Below are positions 11,201 to 26,500 of a DNA stretch of 64,000 nucleotides, in pieces. Origin of the DNA: Malacoraja senta (Eukaryota); assembly GCA_038087875.1 (NCBI GenBank), contig CM075990.1, positions 9,736,001-9,800,000 on the forward strand, in the 5' to 3' direction. The notes under the pieces are model-generated. The model saw only the letters and a list, made by a program, of their open reading frames with translations. It was not told the origin of the DNA and made no database searches. Each line of letters starts with the position of its first letter. Position 1 is the first letter of the stretch. Position numbers and translations under genes: made by a program.

Positions 11201-14200
11201 CTTCAAGAAAAATTTATTCCTATGAAGAAAAAAAGGGGTAAGGGAAAGAACAGTCAGCCATGGCTCAGTAAAACTATAAAGGATAGTATTCAGCTGAAGG
11301 CAAGGGCATATAAGGTAGCTAGAGATAGTGGGAGGGTAGAGGATTGGGAAGCATTTAAAGGTCAGCAAAAAATAACTAAGAGATTAATTAAGACGGGGAA
11401 AATAGACTATGAAAGGAATTTAGCGAACAACATAAAAACTAATAGTAAGAGTTTTTATAGCTATATAAAAAGAAAAAGGGTGGCTAAGGTGAACGTTGGT
11501 CCATTGGAGGGTGAGACTGGAGAGTTGTTGGTGGGGAACATGGAAATGGCAAAGGCATTAAACGAGTATTTTGTATCAGTCTTCACCATAGAAGACACAA
11601 AAAATATTCCAACGCTGGATAAACAGGGGGCGGTAGGAATGGAGGAGCTAAATACTATTAAGATCACCAAGGAGGTGGTATTAGGGAAATTAATGAGACT
11701 GAAGGAGGATAAATCCCCTGGGCCTGATGGATTACATCCAAGGGTCTTGAGGGAGATAGCGGTGGGGATTGTGGATGCATTGGTGATAATTTTCCAAAAC
11801 TCCCTGGAGGCAGGAACGGTCCCAGTGGATTGGAAAATGGCCAATGTAACACCTATATTTAAAAAAGGAAGTAAACAGAAGGCGGGTAACTATAGACCGG
11901 TTAGTCTAACATCGGTGGTGGGTAAAATGTTAGAGACAATTATTAAAGAAACACTAACGGGGCACTTGGATAAACATGACTTCATCGGACAGAACCAGCA
12001 TGGTTTTGTGAAGGGGAAGTCCTGTTTAACGAATCTGCTCGAATTCTTTGAGGAAGTAACAACCCGGGTGGATAAAGGGGAACCGGTGGATGTGGTATAC
12101 TTGGACTTCCAAAAGGCTTTTGACAAGGTGCCACATAAGAGACTATTGCTAAAAATAAAAAATTATGGGATTGGGGGTAATATATTAGCATGGGTAGAGG
12201 ATTGGCTAACAAATAGGAAGCAGAGAGTGGGGATAAATGGTTCATACTCGGGATGGCAACCGGTAACTAGCGGGGTTCCGCAAGGGTCGGTGCTGGGACC
12301 CCAGTTGTTCACAATTTATATAAATGATTTGGAGGAGGGAACCAAGTGTAATATATCAAAATTTGCGGACGATACAAAAATGGGAGGAAAAGTAGGGGAT
12401 GAGGAGGATAGGAAGAGTTTGCAAAAGGATATAGATAAGCTAGGTGAGTGGGCAACAACTTGGCAGATGAAATTTAATACTAATAAATGTGAAGTCATTC
12501 ACTTTGGGAAAAAAAATGATAGGGCAAGTTATTTTCTAAATGAGGTGGAGCTGCGTTGTAATGCAACGCAAAGGGATCTAGGGGTAGTAGTACATGAATC
12601 ACTAAAAGTTAGTATGCAGGTGCAGCAAGCAATCAGGAAGGCCAATGGAGTTTTGGCCTTTATTGCTAGGGGGATTGAGTATAAAAACACGGAGGTCTTG
12701 CTGCAGCTGTACACAGTATTAGTGAGACCACATTTGGAATACTGTGTACAGTTCTGGGGTCCATACTTAAGAAAGGATGTACTGGCCCTGGAGGCAGTGC
12801 AGCGAAGGTTTACAAGATTAATTCCTGCAATGAGGGGATTGACATATGAGGAAAGGTTAAGTAGGCTGGAACTCTACTCTTTGGAGTTTAGAAGAATGAG
12901 AGGCGATCTCATTGAAACATATAAGATCGTGAGGGGCCTTGATCGGGTGGATGCACCGAGGATGTTCCCAATGATCGGGGAAACTAGAACTAGGGGACAT
13001 AGTTGTAGAATAAGAGGGGGCTCTTTTAAAACTGAGATGAGGAAGAACTTCTTCACCCAGAGGGTGGTTAATTTATGGAATTCACTGCCCCAGGGAGCAG
13101 TGGAAGCAGAAACATTAAATATATTTAAGTCTAAAATAGATGTTTTTTTAGCTGCCAAGGGGATAAGGGGCTACGGGGAGAGGGCAGGGATATGGACCTA
13201 GGTATGGTTAGTATAGTAAGACCTGAGTGATCTCCTGGACAAGTGTCGATCGCCTGGATTGGGGTCGGAGAGGAATTTCCCGGATTTTTTTCCCGAATTG
13301 GACCTGGGTTTTTATCCGGTTTTTTGCCTCCCCCAGGAGATCACGCGGTTCTTGGGGTGGAGAGGGGTGATAGCAATATAAAGGGGAGGGTAGTGTCTTG
13401 TGTTCTGTGTCTTGTGTCTACTGTTTGTGGGTAAGGGTGTCTGTTTAGTGTTCAGCCATGAGCGAATGGCGGTGCGGGCTCGATGGGCCTGGTGGTCTAC
13501 TCTCGCACCTACTTTCTATGTTTCTATGTTTCTATATAACCTATAACACTTGAGATAGCTTTTATTACTTGCTTACATAAGTCCAGTATATTGTGAAGTA
13601 CAGAAAACAAACAAATAACAAATTTGCATTGAAAAGCTAAAAACTGCAGATGCTAGCAATCTGAAATAAAAGCAGAGCTTAAATTTATAGTTCATTTCAA
13701 TGTTTATATTTTTTGATTTTTGCAATTATGTAAGTTTTCCAAGTATTCTGTATCTGTAATATTTTTTTAATTGCACAGAGTGTGGAATACTCATCTTTTA
13801 TTAATGCAAGTTACTACAGATGTATTGTTAATTAGTCTGATTATTTTTAATTTTTCTTCAAGCTTCACAAATGAAACACCACCAATGGAGTTTCTGGCTG
13901 GAGATTAAAAGCAAGTTTGGCAGGCTGACTATTTTCTGCATTCCCCTCCCTCAGTCAGACAGGGATACAATCCCATTTATTACACTCAGTTGACTTGGCA
14001 AATTAAATGTTGAACATGGCTCTTTACTGGTTTCGTAACTCTGTTCTTTACTAAGTTGTTGGAGTACTTTATTTTAACATTATTTATTATATCAGTTGTT
14101 TAAGCAGAACATTACTTAACTATCTTTAATTGATTTAATCCAAAAATTAATGAGTTTGCAGAGGGGAAACTGGAAATGATATTTTTCTTTGACCATGTTC

Positions 14201-17200
14201 CTGTTCATGCCTGTTCATTGTCATTTGTCCTTGATTGATGTGATTGGGAACTCACCATATGACTTCATTGAATTTGGCAGCTGACTGCATTGATGCTGCA
14301 CCTGTTGAGTACAATGCTGTGCTACGTGTCGTGTTATATAAGCTTTCATCTGCAGTTAGAACTGCACTTTGAGATTTCATTGCCTACTGCATTACTAGGT
14401 AGTTTTGTCAGTATCATTAAAATAATTTATTTTAATAACAATCTAATTTTCTTTACAGAGCAACTGTGGTGAGAAGATTAGAATCCGTAAAGTATTGATG
14501 AACTCTCCTGAGATAATCACTATTGGTCTGGTCTGGGACTCGGATCATTCTGATCTTGCCGAAGATGTTATTCACAGTCTTGGAACATGCCTCAAACTTG
14601 GAGATGTAAGATGGTTATCAGTGTTATTGCTGAATGTAAATGAAATGCAATACCTGTGACGTATGCACTTTGCAAAATGAAGTAAGAGCAATATGCCAGC
14701 AGTACAAGATGCTCATATGAAATAAAAAATAAGTGGTGATAAGAGACTTAAAATAGTCAAACTTCCACGACAGGGCATTGGAATTGTTAACTTATTTGTA
14801 ATACCGGGTCTCACAAAGAAGGTAGTAAGTGAATTTAAGATATTTTGGTTATAATTTTCCAAAACTCTCCAAACTCAAATTTTTTACTGTAGATATTGAA
14901 GAAGGGAGAGTCAAACTTGGCAAAATATGTTTTATATGTAGTGAGTAAATTACCCGAATTCTAGGACAAGTAAGTACGAACAATGAGAATCGATGTGCAT
15001 GAAATAAGTGGACCATGTTTGTCTTAAGAATGCCTAAAGGCCAGTCGCCCAATAGTTTTTTTAACATCTGAAGTAATGGACTTCCAGACGAAGATCCAAC
15101 CTCGGAGATTATCAAAAAATAAAGGTTCATGGAATTCAACATAACTTTGTTGACTGGTTGGGGGTGAGATATAGCAATTAAAAAGAAAGAAAGAATACTC
15201 TGGATGTGACAAGTGCCACATTGCCTAAGTATTAAGTATTAAACATTTTGAAAGAGTATTAATGACATGGATGAAAGAGAAGAAAGTTATATGTTGTGGT
15301 GTGCAATGACAGAGACTGTAAGCTGCATAGATGGGAGCAGCAAGTTACAAAGGCACAAGCTAATTAGTGAATGTGGAGTTCACTGTGGAGAAGTATAAGA
15401 AACACGAACCGGAATATTTTGGTAATGATGGATCTGTTTGTCTGAGCTACAGTAGTCTTTTGGCAACAGGAGGCTTCAAAACATTGGGTGAAATAGTGAA
15501 TCCATTTGATGCATCAGTTATTTGCCAAAATTCCCTGCATCACATTTGTAAAATATTATGCACTGCTGTGAGTTGGCGTTTGATGTAGGAATTACTAAAG
15601 GCGAAAATTCAGCTAACATGGAAAGAGTTGGAACAGTGAGATTTACTGATGCATAAAATTTGGATTTAGCGTGAGGTTTGCATCTCAAGCTGTTTCACTT
15701 TTCTTTTCAAATTTCAATTCGGTATTTGGAAAAAGAGTTATTGTATTCAGTTATTTTGCACGCAGTTGCACATATTTGTTCTTGCCGTTGCATTAATGAT
15801 GGTATGTGACATGGATCTGAAACTTGTAAGTCTGGAATTGCATGAGACTTCTCTTGGAGCTCTCTTCAGGTGGAATTTCGAAATAAATGATAAATTAATA
15901 AAATAAAATCACACCTGTAGACATGGTAATTATTCCCTTTTAGTTGTTAGTGTGGTTTTCTTGTGTATATTTTCTAGAGGCCATGTCAGTTAACCTGTAT
16001 TGGCTGAAAACTAATGAAAAACTGAAATATAATTAATTATACACTGCCCTGTATACCAAGTGATCTTTATGCTGTTGGATTCGCTGTAAAATCACACATA
16101 AGCTCAACACTTATATCTTACCCTATAATGTCAGCCCACTCAATCAACTTCCATCAAAGTTTAAGTCATTCATTCAAACATATTATTATGAAGTGAAACA
16201 CAAAGTACTGAAGAAACCCAACGGTTCAGGCAGCATCTGTGGAAGTATAGGCAGTATAGCTGATGTTTTGGGTTTTAACCAGAAGGGTCCTGACCTGAAA
16301 CGTTGCCTACCCATTCCCTCCACAGATGCTGCCTGACCCGCTGACTTACTCCAGCACGTTATGTTTTACTAAAGATTCCAACATCTGCAGTTCCATGTGT
16401 CTCCATATTAAGATGAATCTTTGGAAGCGCTAGCATTTCAGCCATTCCAATGATAGGTTCTGGACAGAAACCCATTAAAAGTCTTAGATTTACTTAGTGA
16501 CGGTTGGCATTGCAGTTGTCATGACGCTCCGTGGCTGGATTCTCCATGAATGGTACCAGTAGAATCCAGTCTTGCTGAGATTCCCTAGCATTGCACTTGG
16601 AAAATCACCCTTTGGTTCAAATACAGGCCAGTCATGGAATAGGATCAGAGACCACATTCATCTTTGTAGATTAGGAAACAAAGAGCAAGGTGAATTATCA
16701 AAATTAATTTACATTAGTTTACTGTTTTAGTGTGTTTTGAATTAACCTTATTTTTAAAAAATGTAATTATTTGCTTCATTTTCATAGTTTTTAAAATGTT
16801 AGAATATATAAAAGGTACAAATATCAATTAGTGGCTCTTGCACAGGACAAGGACTTACCCTTATATTTGCTTGTGCTAAAAGCTGCCAAACTGTGTGGAC
16901 CAGGCCTTTTTACAATGTCGGGCTTTATCGCTGCGAGGATCTTGCTGCCTGATTCCATGTTAAAGCAGTCAGCAAAATCGGCCCTTCACATCTGAGGCAG
17001 GGTGAGACCAGAAAGACCCCAGTTCTTTAAGGTTTCATTACGATTGATAAAAGAACCAGTGTAAACAACACCGAAGATGGTGATATCTTTAGAATTAAAC
17101 TAGATGTTAACTAGAAAGCTGCCTCTGTTTTTGTGGGGATTGTTGTGGCTTTTAAGACACTTGAAAAACAATGCTATACCAAAGATAACAAAAACATAAT

Positions 17201-17482
17201 ATTAACTGCAGATTTAATTTAACTTATTTCCAGCTATTCCCCACCCTCCCCCTCCTTCTCCCTCTTAAGGAATAGGGGGCCATTAAGCCCCCTTGAGACT
17301 GTTCTGTCATTCAACAGGTTAATGGCTGAAGGACTATCTGAAGTCCATAATTCTGCTCTATTTATTCATAACTGTCAAACTCATCTTTGAAAGCAGTTTT
17401 TGACTGAGCACTCTGGGATTGAGAAATCCATAAACCTCCTTTGACTGGAGAAATGCTTCTTCATATATATATTCAAATTCGC

Positions 17483-17516
<34 letters not shown>

Positions 17517-20500
17517 TACAATTCATTAATTGATAATGTCTGATAAATCCCTTTGGCAAAACGTGCATATCTTTTTACATATAATATGGCGTCATATTTA
17601 ACAAGATCACAACTAGAGCAAATAGAGCACCATGTGGTTTCACTGTAGACATTGATTTGTACGCAACTGGCTAATTTGTTTGACTCCAAATAATTTAAAC
17701 AATATTTGCAGCTTTAACTTGTTGATAAGGAACACCATTTTGTTTTCTAAAAAAAAACGTGATATTAACTAGGATGACTTGAAATTTTCTCAATGTGGTT
17801 AACCGAGGCTGGTTTAAAAATAGCCTGTCACAATTCCATGCTCCAAAGGATATCCTTTTATTTGACAGCTATTCTATCGAGTGACGGATGACAAAGCTAA
17901 GCATACAGAGCTTTATTTGGTCGGCATGGTGTGTTACTATGGCAAACACTATTCTACCTTCTTCCTCCAAACAAAAATTCGCAAATGGATGTATTTTGAT
18001 GATGCTCATGTGAAAGAGGTAGGTGATCTTTTCCTAAAATATCACATCTTGTCACTGCAATCTAGTCCAAGAGTTATTCTTATTGCTGGCCTCAGTGGCT
18101 GATTGCTTCAGGGTAGGCAATAATATGAGCACATGAATAATGTTGACAGCCTTTTCATATGCATTATTTTTAATGCTTAGCTCATGTCTTTGCTTCCTCC
18201 ATACTTGTTTTAGAATGGTGTTTTGAACTGGGTATTCTGACAGTCATATCTGAATGAATCTTTCAAAAAAAGAACATACCCCAGACTCTGAATTTGGTTT
18301 TCTTTAAAGAGAACACGCAGCTTTAAAATGTGGAGATGTCAGAACAGCAATTCTATGAACAACAATGTCCAATTCAGAGCAGTATCACAAATGTTATATG
18401 CAGTGTTATCCAAATTTGCCTGCGACATTGCAGCCTTTCTTACTGTTTGTATGTAATTTGTGCATTCTCCACCTCAACACTGCATTCTGTTCCAAGCTCA
18501 GATTGCCAAACGAGCAAAGTGCTGCTTCCTGTTCTCTTTCATTAAAGGTCTCTCTCCCAGAACCAAGATCACAATGCAATCAGATAGATGTTTTTGGATT
18601 GCTACTGTTGCAGAATAAAACAGCTTCAGTTTCCTCACCACACTTAGCTACAAATAAGTTTGCATGTAACAAGGCTGAGCACAATTTACAATTTAAGAAG
18701 GCCATGTCTATGTTGATTTGATTTGAGAAATGTAGTTTAAAGACAATTGATACTTTAACTGCTGATGATGCAGTAGAAATTGTATAGTAATAATCAGTGT
18801 CGTAATTCGAAATGTTTCCAATTTAGATTGGACCCAAGTGGAAGGACGTTGTGACCAGATGCATTAAGAGCCACTATCAGCCATTACTACTTTTGTATGC
18901 AGATCCAAGAGGCACTCCTGTATCTGCACAAGATCTACCAGTAGCAGACACCCATCAGTACAGCCGAACTTGTTATGATAGTGAAGATTCAGGTAATTAT
19001 GATTTTTATATTCATGGTTTATTTAATATCTCTGAATTTGATTGTGAACAGATTGAGTAAAGAGTCTGTACGAGTATCTTATTTTGCCTCAGTAGAATTG
19101 AAAGAGTTCAATTTTATTTCTTTAATTAAACTTTTTGCATTCCATCTCCAGTTCAATGCCAGTTCAATAGAATGTTCCTTCAGGCAATTCGTCAGCAAAG
19201 CTCTTACAGATTGCTACCACCATTTTACATAATTGTGTTTCAGAATTTTTTGAGTAATATTACAGTTGAAAAGTAGTTATTCCTTTGTGAGGTTGCTTCT
19301 GTTTTGTTTTCCTTGCATCATCTAGATTGAGGTTGAAAAGCTGTAGCACAGTTGCAGGATGCAAGCAGTGTATTGTATGTTTTGTTTCGATGCTTTTAAA
19401 TCTCTGTATCCATTCATTCTTGATTCAAAATGTTATGTTATGAAGTCTCCATTTAGAGGGTTTTGATATAGCTTAATCGTGATGCTGTCCTAGCACATTG
19501 AGTTATAAACAGAGATGGACAATGTGCAATTTATGGGTGGAGGAGTCTTCTTGAACCATACTTTTCTTAGTCCAGAGGAGTCTAGCAGGCATTTGCTGCT
19601 ATTCTTAGCCAAATGTGCCTTTTTCTGGGGTGCCCACTGTCATAGATGTTTTAAACCTTATATGTTTTCAGCCATAAATGGCCCGGTTAAGTTTGGGACG
19701 TATGACAATAAAACACTCTTGAAGTTACTGTCCAATGCACTGGATAATTGCCAGAGGCATGAAAAAGATTAAAGTGGTGCTAAATCCTTTGCTCTACAAC
19801 TTGTTCCGATACAACTGTGACAGTATCTACAATTACTGTAGATTTTGCTAATTATCCAGGTGTGATCTATCCATTCGGAGCTAATTACCAACAAAAAAAA
19901 GCAACGTTGGTAAATGCACTGCTCAGTTTACTACGAAGGTGAGCATTGAGCGGATGAGGGTTTGTTTCCAGTTTTTTCAGTGTTAGCAGAACTCAGTTAA
20001 GTTGTCTTTTTGGTCTGTGCTTCTGGATGGAATTCCTGCTTTTTTCCTCCAAAGGCATTTTGCTGAAGAAAACATTGGAACTACGCCTAATTGTTAGTGA
20101 GTATAAATTAAATAGGAGGGACTATCTTGCAAATGATATATGGGTGCAGTGGGCAGCTGCATGTCTGGAACTTAATTTGGTGTTGGGTTTGGGGCTATAG
20201 ATGGAAAGGATTGAAAGCATGCGTGAGGAATTGTTCAATTACTAGCTCCAATCGCGGCTCATTAGTTCTTCACCAGGTGTCATTTCGAGTCAGAATGCAA
20301 AACCATGTATTCAGACTAAAAACACAATTTTTCTTTGCACTTGCTTGACAGCATTTATTTGTTTACCTTGGAAACAATGTCTAGTTATATGGAGACAGGC
20401 ATAGTCAGTTTTTAAAACTGCTTGTTAAAAATGTATATGGAGCATTTAATTAAGAGTTATTGTGTTTTCTGTTCAATTAACATATTCAATTGTGAGATGA

Positions 20501-23500
20501 TTCACAGGCACCTTTCTGGTGTAAAGTGCATGTCATTCTTACACATGTCTTTTCCCAAACTGGGCACACCAATACCCATTTAGATGGCAGGTGTGGTTGT
20601 CTAGAAAATATGATGTGCTGTAGATGGTCTTTCAGACTTGTTTTTATGGGGTTTTACAGGAAGGGAGCCATCTATATCCAGTGACAGCAGAACAGATTCT
20701 TCGAATGAGAGCTACCATTACAAGCACAGTCATCAAGAGTCTATGGTCAGCCATTTCTCATCTGATTCACAGGGTACAGTGATTTGCAACATGGAAAACG
20801 ATACAGCTTCTCAAAGCAGCAGGGATACAGGTACTATAAATTGTAAAATGATTGGTGACTCCAAGAATTGAAAATCAATCTGTGGTATGGCAGAACCCAG
20901 CATAATGGAGTTAATTAAGACTTTGTGGTTGTCATTTACAGAAAATTAATTTTACAATTGGTGAGAAAATCTGAAAAGAAAGATTCAATTATTCAATGTT
21001 GATTCATTTTTGGCTCCACATGTGAACCTTTAAGTGGGGAATTAGAATATTTTCTGAGAACATCTGATGAAAGGGATTTATTTTCCTTTCTTTTAAATAG
21101 GCTGCAGTAAACGGCAGCTAATAGAACTGTTTCCTTACTGCTCCTGCAAATTAGTTTCAATCATGGTCTCTCGTGCTGTCAGTGTGCAGTTTGTGCATTC
21201 TCCCTGTGAGCACGTTGGTTTTCCCAGGTGCTCCAGTTTCTTCCTGCATTTTAGAGACTTGTAAATGAGTGCATTAACTGGATGCTATAAATTGCTCCTC
21301 CTAATTTGGAGGTGAGAAGTAGAATTTGAGGGGGCATTGATGGGAAAGTGGGGAGAATGTGGAGATTATGGAATTTAATCCAAACAAGTGTGAGATGTTG
21401 CATTTTGGGGAGTCGAATGTAAGCTTAACATCTCTATATACCTATAAAAGTCTGATCTTGTGTGTGTGTGTGTGTGTGCATGTCTGTCTGTATGCATTGT
21501 ATCTTCCACAAAACGATATGCTCGAACTCTTAAATTTTTACATATTCCTACTCACATTTTTCCCCTCCACGACCTCATCAGGTACACCACAGATTTCATG
21601 CTCTATTTCAAAAGTTATTCACGATTAAAGTTAAAAAACAAAAACAAAAACCGCTTCTCACAGAGAGCCTTTATCCAGCAGCTTCAAATGATGATGTCAC
21701 AATGCCACTCACAGTGCACCAATCACAATTGACTCTCAGGGCTGATCGGAGAGAGGGGGCGGAATCTCCCTGTCGGTTTGCTCCTGGGCCTGGCCAAGAT
21801 GGCAATTCGCAGGCCCCCCCCCAACCAAGGGCAATAGAGGCCTAGAATACAGTGCCAGAGAAGGTGGTGGAAGTATATAAGATGGCAACATTTAAGAGGC
21901 ATTTGGACACGCACATAAATAGCAGAAGTTGGAGGAATATAAATTGCGCTGGTAGATTGAATTAGTTTAAATTGGCTTGATCGGTAAGGCATCTTGTGCT
22001 GAAAGGTATATTCCTGTGCTATATTATTCTACAGTATGTCTATGTTCAATGTGTACAAAATACTGGTGAATCATGAACTTTTACACCCATCCCATTCTAC
22101 CAACATATAAGTGAATTCTAGAAATCCCTTTGATCCTTGAGTTCTGCTTTCTTTTCTAAACACTCCTGAGAAGTAAATTGTATGCCATTTTAGGTATGCA
22201 AAATAGGTTCAGTATTTCTGAATGCTGAAAGTTATTAACCTTTGTGCAATGCAAGCAACGCAGAAAGTAACCTGTGTGTAAAAGAATAATATGAATTTAA
22301 AAGGGAAGTTAGGGGTTTTGGGAAAACTAAGTTTATAAAAATGAGTTGGAAAGGTGGAGAAAAAGGAAATTTGGAGGTGGAAATTGGAGAAGGTGAGAAT
22401 ATTGGATTGGTTGGGATAATATGGTGCAGTGGTCCATTTAACAAAACTAGAAAGGGCTGAAGTTGGTAGGAAAGATATAGATAGAGAGCTGGGGATGGTG
22501 AGCTGAGAGATGGTTGACAATTGTTGGAATTGGAGGATGGTGAGCAAAGTACATGAGCAGGAAGAACTATAAAAGCTGTGGGGATGGGAGCAAATGAGGC
22601 TAAATGCACCGAGCTGAACAATAAAGCAGAACATCATTTGGTCGAATGTATGATAGAGTTCAAAAGACACAGAAACAATAATGAATAAGGTTTAGGAAAA
22701 GCAATCTGTCAATTTTTGTGGTGTGTTGGATGTTTGACTTTCATGCCTAGTTTTATAATGTTAAAAAAATTATACTTTTTATAATTATAAAATTATAATG
22801 TAAATTATAATTATAAATTTTATAATGTAAATCTTCCTTTTAAAATAAAAATGTTGACATCCAGATTTTTTACTAGAAATCATTTTGTTTTTCAGAAAGA
22901 AATAATTCATAAACTACCATTCAATGCGCAGTTGTAATAGCCTGTATAGTTCCCCACAGCTGGGTGTTTAAGAAATAATTTAAGTGAGGGGTTTATTCTT
23001 TCCACTGGTTGAACTGCACAAGCATGATAAATGCAAGAATAGGAAGGGGGGTGATAGGTAAAGGTCCTTTATGCAGTGTGGTACATGTTTGGGGTTTGGA
23101 AAATAGCTTGAGTATATAAATGACATAATGCTGTGAAAATATATATTTTAACATAGGGAGGAAAGTTCTATACAGAATTGGAACAATGAAGTCACTGACT
23201 ACAGCATAATTACAGTCAGCTACAAGCTGTTGCTTGATAATAACTGGTGTAATACTATGGATCATGGGTAATATCACAAAGTGTTGGCACCACTGTGTCA
23301 ACCAGTCAGTTAAAGACAGTCTAGGCTCAGAACAGACTGTCTATTTCAGCTTTCCTTTATGAATATGATGCAAGATCTGTGGACTGGTGAGCATTCAATA
23401 TAGAGATTTATTTTTAAAGTAGGTCTACAGAAAATTTCTGCCTTTTTGAATATGCAGTGACTTGCAATGTCCCATTTACTGGGCTGTGCCATATTTTCTT

Positions 23501-26500
23501 AAAATTAAAATTAATTTTATCTTAAGAAATTGATATTTTGTCCCAGGACATCATACAGACAGTGAATCTAACCAACGACCTCCTTTCAAAAAAGGGATTT
23601 CTGTGGATAGAAGGCGAAGTTCCAGCCGACCTAGGCGCCCTGACAATCGCGGGAAACCAGAGAAGTCAGATGAAATTCCCATTTGTGGTTATCACAGTGA
23701 AGGTGAGGAAGGACATCTAACTTGAGCCATTGCAGAAATGTCATGAACCTGGAAGTCCAGATTGGTATGGGTGTGGTTGTGTGTGCTTGTGTACAATGAA
23801 GTTGCTGCTCTTGTGCATGCTTTATAGTCTTTTGTGTCCTTTATGTCCAAAATTGTAGGCGAAACATTGAAAGAGAAACAAGCCCCAAGAACTGGACCGA
23901 AACCTGCTACGAGTCGATTGAAGGACTTCAAAGAAACTGTGAGCAATATTATTCATAACCGACCTTTGCATAATCAAGACCAGGGCAACAACAAACCCAT
24001 TCCTGCAAAATTGGTGGACTCTGTAGATAACGGAAATTTCCGAATGTCAATTGGACGCTCAAGAGACTGGGAAATGGAGAGCACCAGTGGTGAATCCAAA
24101 TCAAGTTCATCGAGCAGATCGAAGACTTACCTGTGGAAACCTAAACGTGAGGTTCTTAATATTGATAGTATCTTCACAAAAGAGAGAAAAAAGCCTGGCT
24201 CCAGTCCACAAATGGCTTCATTGTCTGAAGACGGTGCTAAAGATTCTAACCACAATAAGACTGAAAGTTCAATAGGAGTTGGAAGCGCTCCTTTGACATT
24301 AGACAATTCAAAAAATGAAGGAAAAGACATTCAGATTAATAATAATGACAAATATGAGAAGACTGGGTGTTCAGGCAAAGGAATGCAACAAGTTACTATC
24401 CAAAGTTTGGGAGAAAGTGAACGTTTTATTCAGAGAATGGAATCTGGCTACGAGAGCAGTGAACGCAACAGTAACAGTCCAGTAAGTTTGGATACGTCAG
24501 TTTCTGATGGGCTCCCAGGTGGAGTGCAGAATTCCACTGTCAATCCTTTCAGGTAAATTATCTTATTTACTTAACGTATCTCGTGAGCTTGAGAGCTTGA
24601 AATGTTATATATCAGGAAGTGCTTTCAGTTTGCAGTTACTAATAACATTTTATTACTTATTTTCTATAATATCATTGCTTTTAATTGAGATTAAAACAAA
24701 ATCCAGTAAAATTGATTGGGCACAGAACCTCGTATTAGATGTGAAAATACTTTGTTCTCATTTTTAAGCCCCTTGTTTATCCTTGCTACAGAAAATATCT
24801 CAATTTATTTCTTTTTCTGTTTTATCAATGCAGAAATTGATATACCCTGTTGCTTATTTGGATATTTCTGTTACCTTACAATAAATTATGATCTCTGTTG
24901 CTTTTGTGCTTTCTGTTTGAAGGGAAGCAAGTGTTCACAATAAATGCTGATTTCTGTGTTGCTACGTGTCTTTTGTTTGAAGGGAAACTTGCACTAAGAA
25001 AGCAACCATTTCTGGTCCTTCATGGAAAACGGTTCCCAAGTCCAAGAGCAGCAGTGCCTTACAACAAGAATCAACTGCAGCTGCCAAGAGCTGGGTGCAT
25101 TTGCAGCAGGTTCCCAGTAAGAAAGCTTGCAACCTTTTATATTATGGTGCAGAATGTTTGTTTAGATCTCTGATAAATGTATTAAAAAATTGGCATACCT
25201 CACTTGTATGTTTTATCATTAAAAATGACCTTGGAGTTATCACTTTCCTTACATTGCTATAATTTTTTTATTTAAACAGGATAAATTCTTTTGAAAATGC
25301 ATGCAACTACATTAAAATTATTATTGATAGACTGTATTTGTAAGATAACTTTGTAAGGAAGCTGTTATAATAATTTCAATGTAAGGGATGTGTGCAAGTG
25401 CCTTCCGTGGGTTGTTTGGCATTTTTGTAGTAATCAAGTTAACACATTTACTTGCTCATTGATCCGAATCGGTGTTGGAATGCATTCTTTTCATTCCCTT
25501 TCAAGTCCCCATAAAGTAGATGAAAACTTAACAGTTTTATAAGCAAATGCAACTTTCTTTTAAAGTAGTATTCTAAGACCTCAACAAGGCATAATATGTC
25601 TTTGGAATGGAGACACAAGAAATTCTGGCATCAGGAGCAAGAAACAACCTGGAGAAACTCAGCAAGTTGAGCAGCACCTGTGGGGGAAAGGAATTGTCAA
25701 CATTTTGACAACTAAGTATGGAGAAGGAACATAGCCAGTGTAAAGAGGAAAAGTTGAGTGATGAGACAGAGGCCAGTGGGTGATTGGTCAACAGCAGAAA
25801 GCTAGAAGAATGTGGATCTCGGTACATTTTGGAAAGTGAGACCCAGAACTTGCCTGCCTGCCTTATCCACCTGTGCTGCCTCCCAACTCCACCCTTTACC
25901 CTTCTCTATCTGGCTAGTTTGGCCCATCATCCTTCACCCCTCCTTGGTCCAACAATCATCCACTGGCTCCTGTCTCATCACTCCCCCTCTCCTTGATGTT
26001 ACCTATCTTTCCTCTCCACTCTTAGTCCTGATGCAGGGTTTCAACTTGAAAAGTCAACAGTTCTTTTCCCCTCACAGATGCTGCTTGATCTGCTGTGTTC
26101 CACCTGCAGATTGTCTGATGCCTTTGGAATACTACATTAACTTTAAAGGATTAGCCAGTGTCAAACTTGTGCAGTCATATCTGACGCTCACCTGAATTGA
26201 CCAGGGGCCAGAAGAGTAGAATTAATTTGAGCTGGCACATCACCAAAATATCCTGATCTAAATGGAAGCTGAATGTCTTAAAGATAATATTCTTTATTTG
26301 AAGTATTTCTTCGTGACCTGTCAATAAACACGTATGTTTTTATTAAATTTCTTTAAAGTATGCTACATGATAGGAATGGGCGAAAGGACATATTTTAATC
26401 AATTCATGCCAAATGAGTTTTGGTGAAGGAATTTTAATGTCCAACAATTGTTCTAATCTATTTGTAATAGTTCTGCTTGTACAGCAATTGTTATCCTGTA

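Larger units (their letters stand above)
9250..13535 (+). mobile_element. Near-full-length young CR1 LINE in a USP54 intron (sense orientation)
   Basis: ORF1 (Zn finger/leucine zipper + SGNH esterase), ORF2 (APE endonuclease + RT), 3' hairpin region and (TTCTATGT)n tail at ~13514-13535. The 5' boundary is approximate and no TSD was found. Confidence 0.93.

Noticed and set aside
11461..13158. Several minus-strand ORFs (60-127 aa) over the CR1
   Set aside because: Antisense shadows of the RT ORF with no independent domain signature
22770..22830. AT-only quasi-palindromic (TATAAT/ATTATA) array
   Set aside because: Low-complexity slippage product with no supporting context
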